Origin: Mobula hypostoma
Taxonomy: Eukaryota
NCBI RefSeq assembly: GCF_963921235.1
Contig: NC_086108.1
Location: forward strand, 9,672,001 to 9,736,000
Reading direction: 5' to 3'
DNA: 64,000 nucleotides
Positions within the stretch are counted from its first letter, which is position 1, and each line of letters starts with the position of its first letter. The notes beneath the pieces were generated by a model. That model was given only the letters and a program-made list of their open reading frames with translations. It ran no database searches and had not been told where the DNA came from. Made by a program: the position numbers and the translations under genes. Shown here piece after piece: positions 23,057 through 36,600 of this stretch.

Positions 23057-23135
23057 AGTCCTGATGAAGGGTCTGGCCTGCAATGCTGACTGTTTATTCT
23101 TCTCCAGCCTGGCCTTCTGAGTTCCTCCAGCATTT
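23057..23135 (+). mobile_element. PLE pLTR fragment with decayed hammerhead motif
   Basis: agtcctgatgaagggtctggcctgcaatgctgact...ctgagttcctccagcatt. Confidence 0.6.
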
Positions 23136-24002
23136 CGTGTCACCATGGTAACAGGGCCTTCCGGCCCAGTGAGTGTGCAGAGGCTGCAGGATAACTGGCA
23201 CCTTTGATGGTCTGGTTTTAGAGTCACACAGTCTTATTTTTATATAAAAATACTGTACAGTAACAGGCCCTACCGGTCCAACGAGCCTGTGCCCCGCAAA
23301 CCCGTACGTCTTTGGCATGTGGGTGGGAACTGGGGCACCCGGAGGAAACCCACTTGGTCATGGGGAGAATGCGCAGTGGCGGAAATGAGGCCAGGTTGCT
23401 GGTGCTCTTAATAGTATTGTGCTAATCGTTGGACTGCTTTGCAATCCCGAAGCAGTGAGTGGTTTGAGGAACATCTTATTATGTTTCCTGAAGCTGGTAG
23501 TGTGGATCCTAAGGCTCTTGTACCTCCTTCCTGATGGCTGAAGGGTAGTAACTGTCCCTGAACGGGGTGCTGTGGGTCCTGAGGTTACAATCCCAGCCTG
23601 CAGTGACTCACAACAGTCTTCCCACTGGAGTAGGTACATGAGCGTGTCTGAATCTCACAGCTCTGGGGGATTAGTCAGTTCCCCAATAAACCCCACACCG
23701 ACAGCAGGCCGACTCGCACTGAAGGCCAGCCACTCATTATTAGTGGTTGCGACTGAAAGTAAAAAAAACATCCACGTTTGTGTCTGTTATAAATGCTGGA
23801 ATTCTTGCAGGAACACAGAGGGCAAAGCAACATCACTGCTTGCTAAAGACCTGCGCTGCTCAATCGAGCGTCTAGGGGACCGGCTGTTCCGAGACTTCAA
23901 CTCAAAATCAGAAAGAACATTGTGGGGATTTGGCTGAGATCAATGGATCTCTGAATCGGTGCAGAGCCAGGGAAACCAAGGGATTGGACCTTAAGGTGAT
24001 AA

Positions 24003-24103
24003 ACACGAGATTCTTCAGCTGCTGGAAATCCAAAGCAAAACACACACAAGATGCTGCAGGAACTCAGCGAGTCAGGTGGCATCCATGGAGAGGAATAAAC
24101 AGA
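24003..24103 (-). mobile_element. PLE pLTR fragment
   Basis: gctggaaatccaaagcaaaacacacacaagatgctgcaggaactcagcgagtcagg, homologous to 21720-21785. Confidence 0.65.
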
Positions 24104-24137
24104 TCCTGTGCTGGAGGTGGAGGGGCGTTACAGAGAT

Positions 24138-27100
24138 GGAGGGGTTTACAGAGACAGGGAGGGGTGAAGGGGAGGGAGGGGTTTACAGAGACAGGGAGGG
24201 GTGAAGGGGAGGGAGGGGGTTACAGAGACAGGGAGGAGTGAAGGGGAGGGAGTGGTTTACAGAGACAGGGAGGGGTGAAGGGGAGGGAGGGGGTTACAGA
24301 GACAGGGAGGGGTGAAGGGGAGGAAGGGGTTTATAGAGACAGGGAGGGGTAAAGGGGAGGGAGGGGTTTATAGAGACAGGGAGGGGTGAAGGGGAGGGAG
24401 GGGGTTACAGAGACAGGGAGGGGTGAAGGGGAGGGAGGGGTTTACAGAGACAGGGAGGGGTGAAGGGGAGGGAGGGGGTTACAGAGACAGGGAGGAGTGA
24501 AGGGGAGGGAGTGGTTTACAGAGACAGGGAGGGGTGAAGGGGAGGGAGGGGGTTACAGAGACAGGGAGGGGTGAAGGGGAGGGAGGGGTTTATAGAGACA
24601 GGGAGGGGTGAAGGGGAGGAAGGGGTTTATAGAGACATGGAGGGGTGAAGAGGAGGGAGGGGGTTACAGAGACAGGGAGGGGTGAAGGGGAGGGAGGGGT
24701 TTACAGAGACAGGGAGGGGTGAAGGGGAGGGAGGGGGTTACAGAGACAGGGAGGGGTGAAGGTGAGGGAGGAGTTTACAGAGACAGGGAGGGGTGAAGGG
24801 GAGGGAGGGGTTTACAGAGACAGGGAGGGGTGAAGGGGAGGGAGCGGTTTATAGAGACAGGGAGGGGTGAAGGGGAGGAAGGGGTTTATAGAGACATGGA
24901 GGGGTGAAGAGGAGGGAGGGGGTTACAGAGACAGGGAGGGGTGAAGGTGAGGGAGGAGTTTACAGAGACAGGGAGGGGTGAAGGGGAGGGAGGGGTTTAC
25001 AGAGACAGGGAGGGGTGAAGGGGTGGGAGCGGTTTATAGAGACAGGGAGGGGTGAAGGGGAGGAAGGGGTTTATAGAGACATGGAGGGGTGAAGAGGAGG
25101 GAGGGGGTTACAGAGACAGGGAGGGGTGAAGGTGAGGGAGGAGTTTACAGAGACAGGGAGGGGTGAAGGGGAGGGAGGGGTTTACAGAGACAGGGAGGGG
25201 TGAAGGGGAGGGAGCGGTTTATAGAGACAGGGAGGGGTGAAGGGGAGGGAGCGGTTTACAGAGACAGGGAGGGGTGAAGGGGAGGGAGGGGGTTACAGAG
25301 ACAGGGAGGGGTGAAGGGGAGGGAGGGGGTTACAGAGACAGGGAGGGGTGAAGGGGAGGGAGGGGTTTATAGAGACAGGGAGGGGTGAAGGGGAGGGAGG
25401 GGTTTATAGAGACAGGGAGGGGTGAAGGGGAGGGAGGGGTTTATAGAGACAGGGAGGGGTGAAGGGGAGGGAGGGGTTTACAGAGACAGGGAGGGGTGAA
25501 GGGGAGGGAGGGGGTTACAGAGACAGGGAGGGGTGAAGGGGAGGGAGGGGTTTACAGAGACAGGGAGGGGTAAAGGGGAGGGAGGGGTTTACAGAGACAG
25601 GGAGGGGTGAAGAGGAGGGAGGGGTTTATAGAGACAGGGAGGGGTGAAGGGGAGGGAGTGGTTTATAGAGACAGGGAGGAGTGAAGGGGAGGGAGGGGTT
25701 TATAGAGACAGGGAGGGGTGAAGGGGAGGGAGGGGTTTATAGAGACAGGGAGGGGTGAAGGGGAGGGAGGGGTTTATAGAGACAGGGAGGGGTGAAGGGG
25801 AGGGAGGGGGTTACAGAGACAGGGAGGGGTGAAGGGGAGGGAGGGGTTTATAGAGACAGGGAGGGGTAAAGGGGAGGGAGGGGTTTACAGAGACAGGGAG
25901 GGGTGAAGGGGAGGGAGGGGGTTACAGAGACAGGGAGGGGTGAAGGGGAGGGAGCGGTTTATAGAGACAGGGAGGGGTGAAGGGGAGGGAGGGGTTTATA
26001 GAGACAGGGAGGGGTGAAGGGGAGGGAGGGGGTTACAGAGACAGGGAGGGGTGAAGGGGAGGGAGGGGGTTACAGAGACAGGGAGGGGTGAAGGGGAGGG
26101 AGGGGGTTACAGAGACAGGGAGGGGTGAAGGGGAGGGAGGGGGTTACAGAGACAGGGAGGGGTGAAGGGGAGGGAGGGGGTTACAGAGACAGGGAGGGGT
26201 GAAGGGGAGGAAGGGGTTTATAGAGACAGGGAGGGGTGAAGGGGAGGGAGGGGTTAAAAGAGACAAGGAGGGGTGAAGGGGAGGGAGGGGTTTATAGAGA
26301 CAGGGAGGGGTGAAGGGGAGGGAGCGGTTTATAGAGACAGGGAGGGGTGAAGGGGAGGGAGGGGTTTATAGAGACAGGGAGGGGTGAAGGGGAGGGAGCG
26401 GTTTATAGAGACAGGGAGGGGTGAAGGGGAGGGAGGGGTTTATAGAGACAAGGAGTGGTGAAGGGGAGGGAGCGGTTTATAGAGACAGGGAGGGGTGAAG
26501 GGGAGGAAGGGGTTTATAGAGACAGGGAGGGGTGAAGGGGAGGGAGGGGTTTATAGAGACAAGGAGTGGTGAAGGGGAGGGAGCGGTTTATAGAGACAGG
26601 GAGGGGTGAAGGGGAGGAAGGGGTTTATAGAGACATGGAGGGGTGAAGGGGAGGGAGGGGTTTATAGAGACAGGGAGGGGTGAAGGGGAGGGAGGGGTTT
26701 ATAGAGACAAGGAGTGGTGAAGGGGAGGGAGCGGTTTATAGAGACAGGGAGGGGTGAAGGGGAGGAAGGGGTTTATAGAGACATGCAGGGGTGAAGAGGA
26801 GGGAGGGGGTTACAGAGACAGGGAGGGGTGAAGGGGAGGGAGGAGTTTACAGAGACAGGGAGGGGTGAAGGGGAGGGAGGGGTTTATAGAGACAGGGAGG
26901 GGTGAAGGGGAGGGAGCGGTTTATAGAGACAGGGAGGGGTGAAGGGGAGGAAGGGGTTTATAGAGACATGGAGGGGTGAAGAGGAGGGAGGGGGTTACAG
27001 AGACAGGGAGGGGTGAAGGGGAGGGAGGGGTTTATAGAGACAGGGAGTGGTGAAGAGGAGGGAGGGGTTTATAGAGACAAGGAGTGGTGAAGGGGAGGGA

Positions 27101-28200
27101 GCGGTTTATAGAGACAGGGTGGGGTGAAGGGGAGGGAGGGGGTTACAGAGAAAGGGAGGGGTGAAGAGGAGGGAGGGGTTTATAGAGACAGGGAGGGGTA
27201 AAAGGGAGGGAGTGGTGAAGAGGAGGGAGGGGTTTATAGAGACAAGGAGTGGTGAAGGGGAGGCAGCGGTTTATAGAGACAGGGTGGGGTGAAGGGGAGG
27301 GAGGGGGTTACAGAGACAGGGAGGGGTGAAGAGGAGGGAGGGGTTTATAGAGACAAGGAGTGGTGAAGGGGAGGGAGGGGTTTATAGAGGCAGGGAGGGG
27401 TGAAGGGGAGGGAGGGGTTTATAGAGACAGGGAGGGGTAAAGGGGAGGGAGGGGTTTATAGAGACAGGGAGGGGTGAAGGGGAGGGAGGGGGTTACAGAG
27501 ACAGGGAGTGGTGAAGGGGAGGGAGGAGTTTATAGAGACAGGGAGGGGTAAAGGGGAGGGAGGAGTTTATAGAGACAGGGAGGGGTAAAGGGGAGGGAGG
27601 GGGTTATAGAGACAGGGAGGGGTAAAGGGGAGGGAGGGGTTTATAGAGACAGGGAGGGGTGAAGGGGAGGGAGTGGTTTATAGAGACAGGGAGGGGTGAA
27701 GGGGAGGGAGGGGTTTATAGAGACAGGGAGGGGTGAAGGGGAGGGAGGGGTTTATAGAGACAGGGAGGGATGAAGGGGAGGGAGGGGTTTATACAAACAG
27801 GGAAGGGTGAAGGGGAAGGAGGGGTTTATAGAGACAGGAAGGGGTGAAGGGGAGGGAGGGGTTTATAGAGACAGGGAGGGGTAAAGGGGAGGGGTTTATA
27901 GAGACAGGGAGGGGTAAAGAGGAGGGAGGGGTTTATAGAGACAGGGAGGGGTGAAGGGGAGGGAGGGGTTTATAGAGACAGGGAGGGGTGAAGGGGAGGG
28001 AGGGGTTTATAGAGACAGGGAGGGGTAAAGGGGAGGGAGGGGTTTATAGAGACAGGGAGGGGTGAAGAGGAGAGAGGGGGTTACAGAGACAGGGAGGGGT
28101 GTCAGGGAGGGTGGGGGTTACAGAGACAGGGAGGGGTGAAGAGGAAGGAGGGGTTTATAGAGACAGGGGGGGTGAAGGGGAGGGAGGGGGTTACAGTTAA
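24138..28200 (+). repeat. 37-bp G-rich minisatellite, about 110 copies
   Basis: Unit agagacagggaggggtgaaggggagggagggg(t/g)tta(c/t); gagac at 24151 and 24188 gives period 37. Degenerates towards the right end. Confidence 0.97.
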
Positions 28201-28600
28201 GGAGGGGTGTAGGAGTCATTGGGGCCAGAGAGGTTATTGAGATGGAGAGGGATGTAGGGGCTAGAGAGGTTATAAAGACAGAGAGGGTGAGTGAAGGGAG
28301 GGGGGGTGGATTACAGAGAAGGAGAGGGGTGTAGTGGCTGGAGACGATTATATGGGGAACAGGAATGATGTCGGAACTGGAGGGTATCACGGAGGCAGGC
28401 GGTGGTATTAGGGACAAAGGGGGTTACAGGGATGGGGAGGGGAGCCAGTGGAAGTAAGGAGGAGAATTTTAAAATCGAGACTTTACTCGATGAGTGTGGG
28501 TGTTGATGGGCACTGGAGTTTGGACATCCTCAGGAAAGTGGGCATTTTGGGGTGGGCTGGGTGAGAAATGCCAGGTGACCAAAGCTTTGAGGGGGGGCAG
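28200..28600 (-). mobile_element. L2-like LINE ORF2 remnant between the two arrays
   Basis: Minus strand 28479-28456 encodes LDFKILLL, continuing TSTGSPPHPCNPL. gctttggtcacc (ALVT) at ~28585 sits where the upstream AFVTS motif is expected. Confidence 0.55.
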
Positions 28601-30692
28601 CATTGCAGAGGGTGAGGTGGATTATAGTCATCACTGAGGGTGAGGTGGACTATCGTCATCACAGAGGGTGAGGTGGACTGTAATCATCACATAGGGTGAG
28701 GAGGTACATAGTCATCAGAGAGGGTGACATGGAGTCTACAGTCATCACAGAGGGAGAGCTGGACTATTGTTATCGCAGAGGGTGAGGTGGACTATAGTCA
28801 TCACAGAGGGTGAGGTGGATTATAGTCAACACAGAGGGAGAGCTGGACTATAGTCATCGCAGAGGGTGAGGTGGAGTCTATAGTCATCGCAGAGGGTGAG
28901 GTGGACTATAGTCATCGGAGAGGGTGAGGTGGAGTCTATAGTCATCGGAGGAGGTGAGGTGGAAGCTATAGTCATCACAGACGGTAAGGTGGATTATAGT
29001 GAACACAGAGGGAGAGCTGGACTATAGTCATCGCAGAGGGTGAGGTGGAGTCTATAGTCATCGCAGAGGGTGAGGTGGACTATAGTCATCGGAGAGGGTG
29101 AGGTGGACTATAGACATCGGAGAGGGTGAGGTGGATTATAGTCATCGGAGAGGGTGAGGTGGACTACAGACATCGGAGAGGGTGAGGTGGACTATAGTCA
29201 TCGGAGAGGGTGAGGTGGACTATAGACATCACAGAGGGTGAGGTGGACTATAGTCATCACAGAGGGTGAAGTGGAGTGTACATTCATGGCAGAGGGTGAG
29301 GTAGACTATAGTCTTTGCGGTGAGTGAGGTGGAATGCAGTCATCACAGAGGGTGTGGTGGACTACATTCATTGCAGGGGGTGAGGTGGATTATAGTAATC
29401 ACAGAGGATGAGGTTGATGATAGTCATTGCAGAGGATGAGGCTGACTGTAGTTTTTTCAGAGGGTGCGTTGGACTATAGTCATCGCAGAGGTTCATGTGG
29501 AGTCTACAGTCATCACAGAAGGTAAGGTGGTGTCTGTAGTCATCAAAGAGGGTGAGGTTGACGATAGTCATCGCAGAGGGTGAGATGCAATATAGTTATC
29601 GCAGAGGGTGAGGTGCAATATAGTTATCACAGAATGTGAGGTGGAGTCTATGGTCATCACTGAGAGTGATGTGGAGTTTATAGTCATCACATGGGGGTGA
29701 GGTGGACTACAGTCATCACAGAGGGTGGGGTGTTCTATAGTCTTTGCAGAGGGTGAGGTGGTCTATAGTCTTTGCAGAGGGTGAGTTGGACTCTATAGTC
29801 ATCGCAGAGGTTGAGTTGGACTATAGTCATCGCAGAGGGTGAGGTAGATTATAGTCATCGCAGAGGGTTAGATGGACTATAGTCATCGCAGAGGGTGAGG
29901 TGGAATCTATAGTAATTACAGCGGGAGATGTGGACTATTGTCATTGAAGATGGTGAGGAAGACTATAATCATCACAGAAGGTGAGGTGGCATTTATAGTC
30001 ATCACAGAGGGCGAGGGGGACGATAGTCATCGCAGAGGGTGAGGTGGCGACTATAGTCACCACAGAGGGTGAGGTGGGCTATAGTCATCGTAGAAGGTGA
30101 GGTGGACTATAGTCTTCGCAGAGGGTGAGGTTGAATATAGCTATCGCAGAGAGTGAGGTGGAGTATAGTCTTTGCAGAAGGTGAGGTGGGGTTTTGTAGA
30201 CATCACATAGGGTGAGGTGGAGTCTATAGTCATCGCAGATGGTGAGATGGACTGTAGTCATTTTCGAGGGTGAGGTGGACTATAGTCATCGCAGAGGGTG
30301 AGGTGGCGACTATAGTCATCACAGAGGGTGAGGTGGACTATAGTCATCACGGAGGGTGAAGTGGACTATAACCGTCACAGAGGGTGCGGTGGACTATAGT
30401 CATCACAAAGGGTTAGGGGTAGTCTATAAACAACACAGGGTGAGGAGGACGATACCCATCGCAGAGGGTGAGATGGACTATAATTACCACGGAAGGTGAG
30501 GTGGGTGAGGTGGAGTCTATAGTCATTGCAGAGGGTGAGGTGGACTACAGACATCGGAGAGGGTGAGGTGGACTATAGACATCACAGAGGGTGAGGTGGA
30601 CTACAGTCATCACAGAGGGTGAGGTGGACTATAGTCATTACAGAGGGTGAGGTGGAGTGTACAGCCATGGCAGAGGGTGAGGTGGAGTTTAT

Positions 30693-33600
30693 AGTCATCG
30701 CAGAGGGTGATGTGGAATCTATAGTCATCGCAGAGGGTGAGGTGGAATCTATAGTCATCGCAGAGGGTGAGGTGAACTACAGTCATCGCAGAGGGTGAAG
30801 TTGATGATAGTCATCACAGAGAGATAGGTGGACTATAGTCATCGCAGAGGTTGAGGTGGACTACAGTGATCGCAGAGGGTGAGGAGGAGTCTATAGTCAC
30901 CACAGAGGGTGAGGTGGACTATAGACATCACAGAGGGTTTGGTGGAGTCTATAGTCATTACAGAGGGAGATGTGGACTAATGTCATCACAGATGGTGAGG
31001 TGGAGTCTAGAGTTATCGCAGAGGCTGAGGTCGAGTCTATAGTCATCGCAGAGGGTGAGGTGGGTTATAGTAATCACAGAGGATGAGGTGGACTATAATT
31101 AACACAGAGGGTGAGGAGGTGAGGTGGAGTCTATAGTCATCACAGACGGTAAGGTGGACTATAGTCAACACAGAGGGTGAGGTAGACTATAGTCATCAGA
31201 GAGGGTGAGGTGGACTACAGACATCGGAGAGGGTGAGGTGGACTATAGTCATCACAGATGGTGAGGTGGACTATAGTCATCGCAGAGGTTGAGGTGGACT
31301 ACAGTGATCGCAGAGGGTGAGGAGGAGTCTATAGTCATCACAGAGGGTGAGGTGGAGTGTACAGTCATGGCAGAGGGTGAGGTAGACTATAGTCTTTGCG
31401 GTGAGTGAGGTGGAATGCAGTCTTCACAAAGGGTGTGGTAGACTACATTCATTGCAGAGGGTGAGGTTGACGATAGTCATCACAGAGGGTGATGTGGTCA
31501 GGTGGAATCTATAGTCATCACAGAGTTATCGCAGAGGATGAGGTGGACTACAGTCATTGCAGAGGGTGAGGTGGACTGCACTCTTTGCAGAGGGTGATGT
31601 GGAGTTTATAGTCATCGCAGAGGGTGATGTGGACTACAGTCATCGCAGAGGGTGAGGTTGACGATAATCATCGAAGAGGGTGATGTGGAATCTGTAGTCA
31701 TCGCAGATGGTGAGATGGACTGTAGTCATTTTCGAGGGTGAGGTGGACTATAGTCATCGCAGAGGGTGAGGTGGCGACTATAGTCATCACAGAGGGTGAG
31801 GTGGACTATAGTCATCACGGAGGGTGAAGTGGACTATAACCGTCACAGAGGGTGCGGTGGACTATAGTCATCACAAAGGATTAGGGGTAGTCTATAAACA
31901 ACACAGGGTGAGGAGGATGATACCCATCGCAGAGGGTGAGATGGACTATAATTACCACGGAAGGTGAGGTGGGTGAGGTGGAGTCTATAGTCATCGCAGA
32001 GGGTGAGGTGGACTATAGTCATCGGAGAGGGTGAGGTGGACTATAGACATCACAGATGGTGAGGTGGACTATAGTCATTACAGAGGGTGAGGTGGAGTGT
32101 ACAGTCATGGCGGAGGGTGAGGTAGACTATAGTCTTTGCAGTGAGTGAGGTGGAATGCAGTCATCACAGAGGGTGTGGTGGACTACATTCATTGCAGAGG
32201 GTGAGGTTGACGATAGTCATCGGAGAGGGTGAGATGGACTATAATCATCACAGAGGGTGAGGTGGTCAGGTGGAATCTATAGTCATCACAGAGTTATCGC
32301 AGAGGATGAGGTGGACTACAGTCATCGCAGAGGGTGAGGTGGAGTTTATAGTCATCGCAGAGGGTGAAGTGGACTATAGTCATCGCAGAGGGTGAAGTTG
32401 ATGATAGTCATCACAGAGAGATAGGTGGACTATAGTCATCGCAGAGGTTGAGGTGGACTACAGTGATCGCAGAGGTTGAGGAGGAGTCTATAGTCACCAC
32501 AGAGGGTGAGGTGGACTATAGACATCACAGAGGGTTTGGTGGAGTCCATAGTCATTACAGAGGGAGATGTGGACTAATGTCATCACAGATGGTGAGGTGG
32601 AGTTTAGAGTTATCGCAGAGGCTGAAGTCGAGTCTATAGTCATCGCAGAGGGTGAGGTGGGTTATAGTAATCACAGAGGATGAGGTGAACTATAATTAAC
32701 ACAGAGGGTGAGGTGGACTATAATTAACACAGAGGGTGAGGAGGTGAGGTGGAGTCTATAGTCATCACAGACGGTAAGGTGGACTATAGTCAACACAGAG
32801 GGTGAGGTAGACTATAGTCATCAGAGAGGGTGAGGTGGACTACAGACATCGGAGAGGGTGAGGTGGACTATAGTCATCACAGATGGTGAGGTGGACTATA
32901 GTCATCGCAGAGGTTGAGGTGGACTACAGTGATCGCAGAGGGTGAGGAGGAGTCTATAGTCATCACAGAGGGTGAGGTGGAGTGTACAGTCATGGCAGAG
33001 GGTGAGGTAGACTATAGTCTTTGCGGTGAGTGAGGTGGAATGCAGTCTTCACAAAGGGTGTGGTAGACTACATTCATTGCAGAGGGTGAGGTTGACGATA
33101 GTCATCACAGAGGGTGATGTGGTCAGGTGGAATCTATAGTCATCACAGAGTTATCGCAGAGGATGAGGTGGACTACAGTCATTGCAGAGGGTGAGGTGGA
33201 CTGCACTCTTTGCAGAGGGTGATGTGGAGTTTATAGTCATCGCAGAGGGTGATGTGGACTACAGTCATCGCAGAGGGTGAGGTTGACGATAATCATCGAA
33301 GAGGGTGATGTGGAATCTGTAGTCATCGCAGAGGGTGAGGTGGACTATAGTCATCGCAGAGGTTCATGTGGAGTCTACAATCATCACAGAAGGTAAGGTG
33401 GTGTCTGTAGTCATCACAGAGGGTGAGGTTGACGATAGTCATTGCAGAGGGTGAGGCTGACGATAGTCATCGCAGAGGGTGAGATGCAATATAGTTATCA
33501 CAGAATGTGAGGTGGAGTCTATGGTCATCACTGAGGGTGATGTGGAGTTTATAGTCATCACATGGGGGTGAGGTGGACTACAGTCATCGCAGAGGGTGAG

Positions 33601-36600
33601 GTGGTCTATAGTCTTTGCAGAGGGTGAGGTGGTCTCTATAGTCATCGCAGAGGTTGAGTTGGACTATAAACAATGCAGAGGGTGAGGTGGATTATAGTCA
33701 ACATAGAGGGTGAGGTAGACTATAGTCATCACAGACGGTGAGGTGGACTATAGTCATCACAGAGGGTGAGTTGGACCATAGTCATCAGAGAGGGTGAGGT
33801 GGAGTCTATAGTCATCGCAGAGGGTTAGATGGACTATAGTCATCGCAGAGGGTGAGGTGGAGTCTATAGTCATTACAGCGGGAGATGTGGACTATTGTCA
33901 TCGAAGACGGTGAGGAAGACTATAATCATCACAGAAGGTGAGGTGGCATTTATAGTCATCACAGAGGGCGAGAGGGACGATAGTCATCGCAGAGGGTGAG
34001 GTGGCGACTATAGACATCACAGAGGGTTTGGTGGAGTCTATAGTCATTACAGAGTGAGATGTGGACTAATGTCATCACAGATGGTGAGGTGGAGTCTAGA
34101 GTTATCGCAGAGGCTGAGGTCGAGTCTATAGTCATCACAGAGGGTGAGATGGATTATAGTAATCACAGAGGGTGAGGTTGACGATAGTCATCGCAGAGGG
34201 TGAGGTGCAATATAGTTATCACAGAATGTGAGGTGGAGTCTATGGTCATCACTGAGGGAGATGTGGAGTTTATAGTCATCACATGGAGGTGAGGTGGACT
34301 ACAGTCATCGCAGAGGGTGAGGTGGTCTATAGTCTTTGCAGAGGGTGAGGTGGTCTATAGTCTTTGCAGAGGGTGAGGTGGACTCTATAGTCATCGCAGA
34401 GGTTGAGTTGGACTATAAACAATGCAGAGGGTGAGGTGGATTATAGTCAACACAGAGGGTGAGGTAGACTATAGTCATCACAGAGGATGAGGTGGACTAT
34501 AGTCATCACAGAGGGTGAGTTGGACCATAGTCATCACAGAGGGTGAGGTGGAGTCTATAGTCATCGCAGAGGGTGAGGTGGAGTCTATAGTCATTACAGC
34601 GGGAGATGTGGACTATTGTCATCGAAGACGGTGAGGAAGACTATAATCATCACAGAAGGTGAGGTGGCATTTATAGTCATCATAGAGGGCCAGGGGGACG
34701 ATAGTCATCGCAGAGGGTGAGGTGGTGACTATCGTCACCACAGAGGGTGAGGTGGATTATAGTCATCACAGAGGGTGAGGTGGACTATAATTAACACAGA
34801 GGGTGAGGAGGTGAGGTGGAGTCTATAGTCATCACAGACGGTAAGGTGGACTATAGTCAACACAGAGGGTGAAGTAGACTATAGTCATCACAGAGGGTGA
34901 GGTGGACTACAGTCATCACAGATGGTGAGGTGGACTATAGACATCGGAGAGGGTGAGGTGGAGTGTACAGTCATGGCGGAGGGTGAGGTAGACTATAGTC
35001 TTTGCGGTGAGTGAGGTGGAATGCAGTCATCACAGAGGGTGTGGTAGACTACATTCATTGCAGAGGGTGAGGTTGACGATAGTCATCGCAGAGGGTGAGG
35101 TGGTCAGGTGGAATCTATAGTCATCACAGAGTTATCGCAGAGGATGAGGTGGACTACAGTCATCGCAGAGGGTGAGGTGGAGTTTATAGTCATCGCAGAG
35201 GGTGATGTGGACTACAGTCATCGCAGAGGGTGAGGTTGACGATAATCATCGCAGAGGGTGATGTGGAATCTATAGTCATCGCAGAGGGTGAGGTGGAATC
35301 TATAGTCATCGCAGAGGGTGAGGTGAACTACAGTCATCGCAGAGGGTGATGTGGAATCTATAGTCATCGCAGAGGGTGAGGTGGAATCTATAGTCATCGC
35401 AGAGGGTGAGGTGAACTACAGTCATCGCAGAGGGTGAAGTTGATGATAGTCATCACAGAGAGATAGGTGGACTATAGTCATCGCAGAGGTTGAGGTGGAC
35501 TACAGTGATCGCAGAGGGTGAGGAGGAGTCTATAGTCACCACAGAGGGTGAGGTGGACTATAGACATCACAGAGGGTTTGGTGGAGTCTATAGTCATTAC
35601 AGAGGGAGATGTGGACTAATGTCATCACAGATGGTGAGGTGGAGTCTAGAGTTATCGCAGAGGCTGAGGTCGAGTCTATAGTCATCGCAGAGGGTGAGGT
35701 GGGTTATAGTAATCACAGAGGATGAGGTGGACTATAATTAACACAGAGGGTGAGGAGGTGAGGTGGAGTCTATAGTCATCACAGACGGTAAGGTGGACTA
35801 TAGTCAACACAGAGGGTGAGGTAGACTATAGTCATCAGAGAGGGTGAGGTGGACTACAGACATCGGAGAGGGTGAGGTGGACTATAGTCATCACAGATGG
35901 TGAGGTGGACTATAGTCATCGCAGAGGTTGAGGTGGACTACAGTGATCGCAGAGGGTGAGGAGGAGTCTATAGTCATCACAGAGGGTGAGGTGGAGTGTA
36001 CAGTCATGGCAGAGGGTGAGGTAGACTATAGTCTTTGCGGTGAGTGAGGTGGAATGCAGTCTTCACAAAGGGTGTGGTAGACTACATTCATTGCAGAGGG
36101 TGAGGTTGACGATAGTCATCACAGAGGGTGATGTGGTCAGGTGGAATCTATAGTCATCACAGAGTTATCGCAGAGGATGAGGTGGACTACAGTCATTGCA
36201 GAGGGTGAGGTGGACTGCACTCTTTGCAGAGGGTGATGTGGAGTTTATAGTCATCGCAGAGGGTGATGTGGACTACAGTCATCGCAGAGGGTGAGGTTGA
36301 CGATAATCATCGAAGAGGGTGATGTGGAATCTGTAGTCATCGCAGATGGTGAGATGGACTGTAGTCATTTTCGAGGGTGAGGTGGACTATAGTCATCGCA
36401 GAGGGTGAGGTGGCGACTATAGTCATCACAGAGGGTGAGGTGGACTATAGTCATCACGGAGGGTGAAGTGGACTATAACCGTCACAGAGGGTGCGGTGGA
36501 CTATAGTCATCACAAAGGATTAGGGGTAGTCTATAAACAACACAGGGTGAGGAGGATGATACCCATCGCAGAGGGTGAGATGGACTATAATTACCACGGA

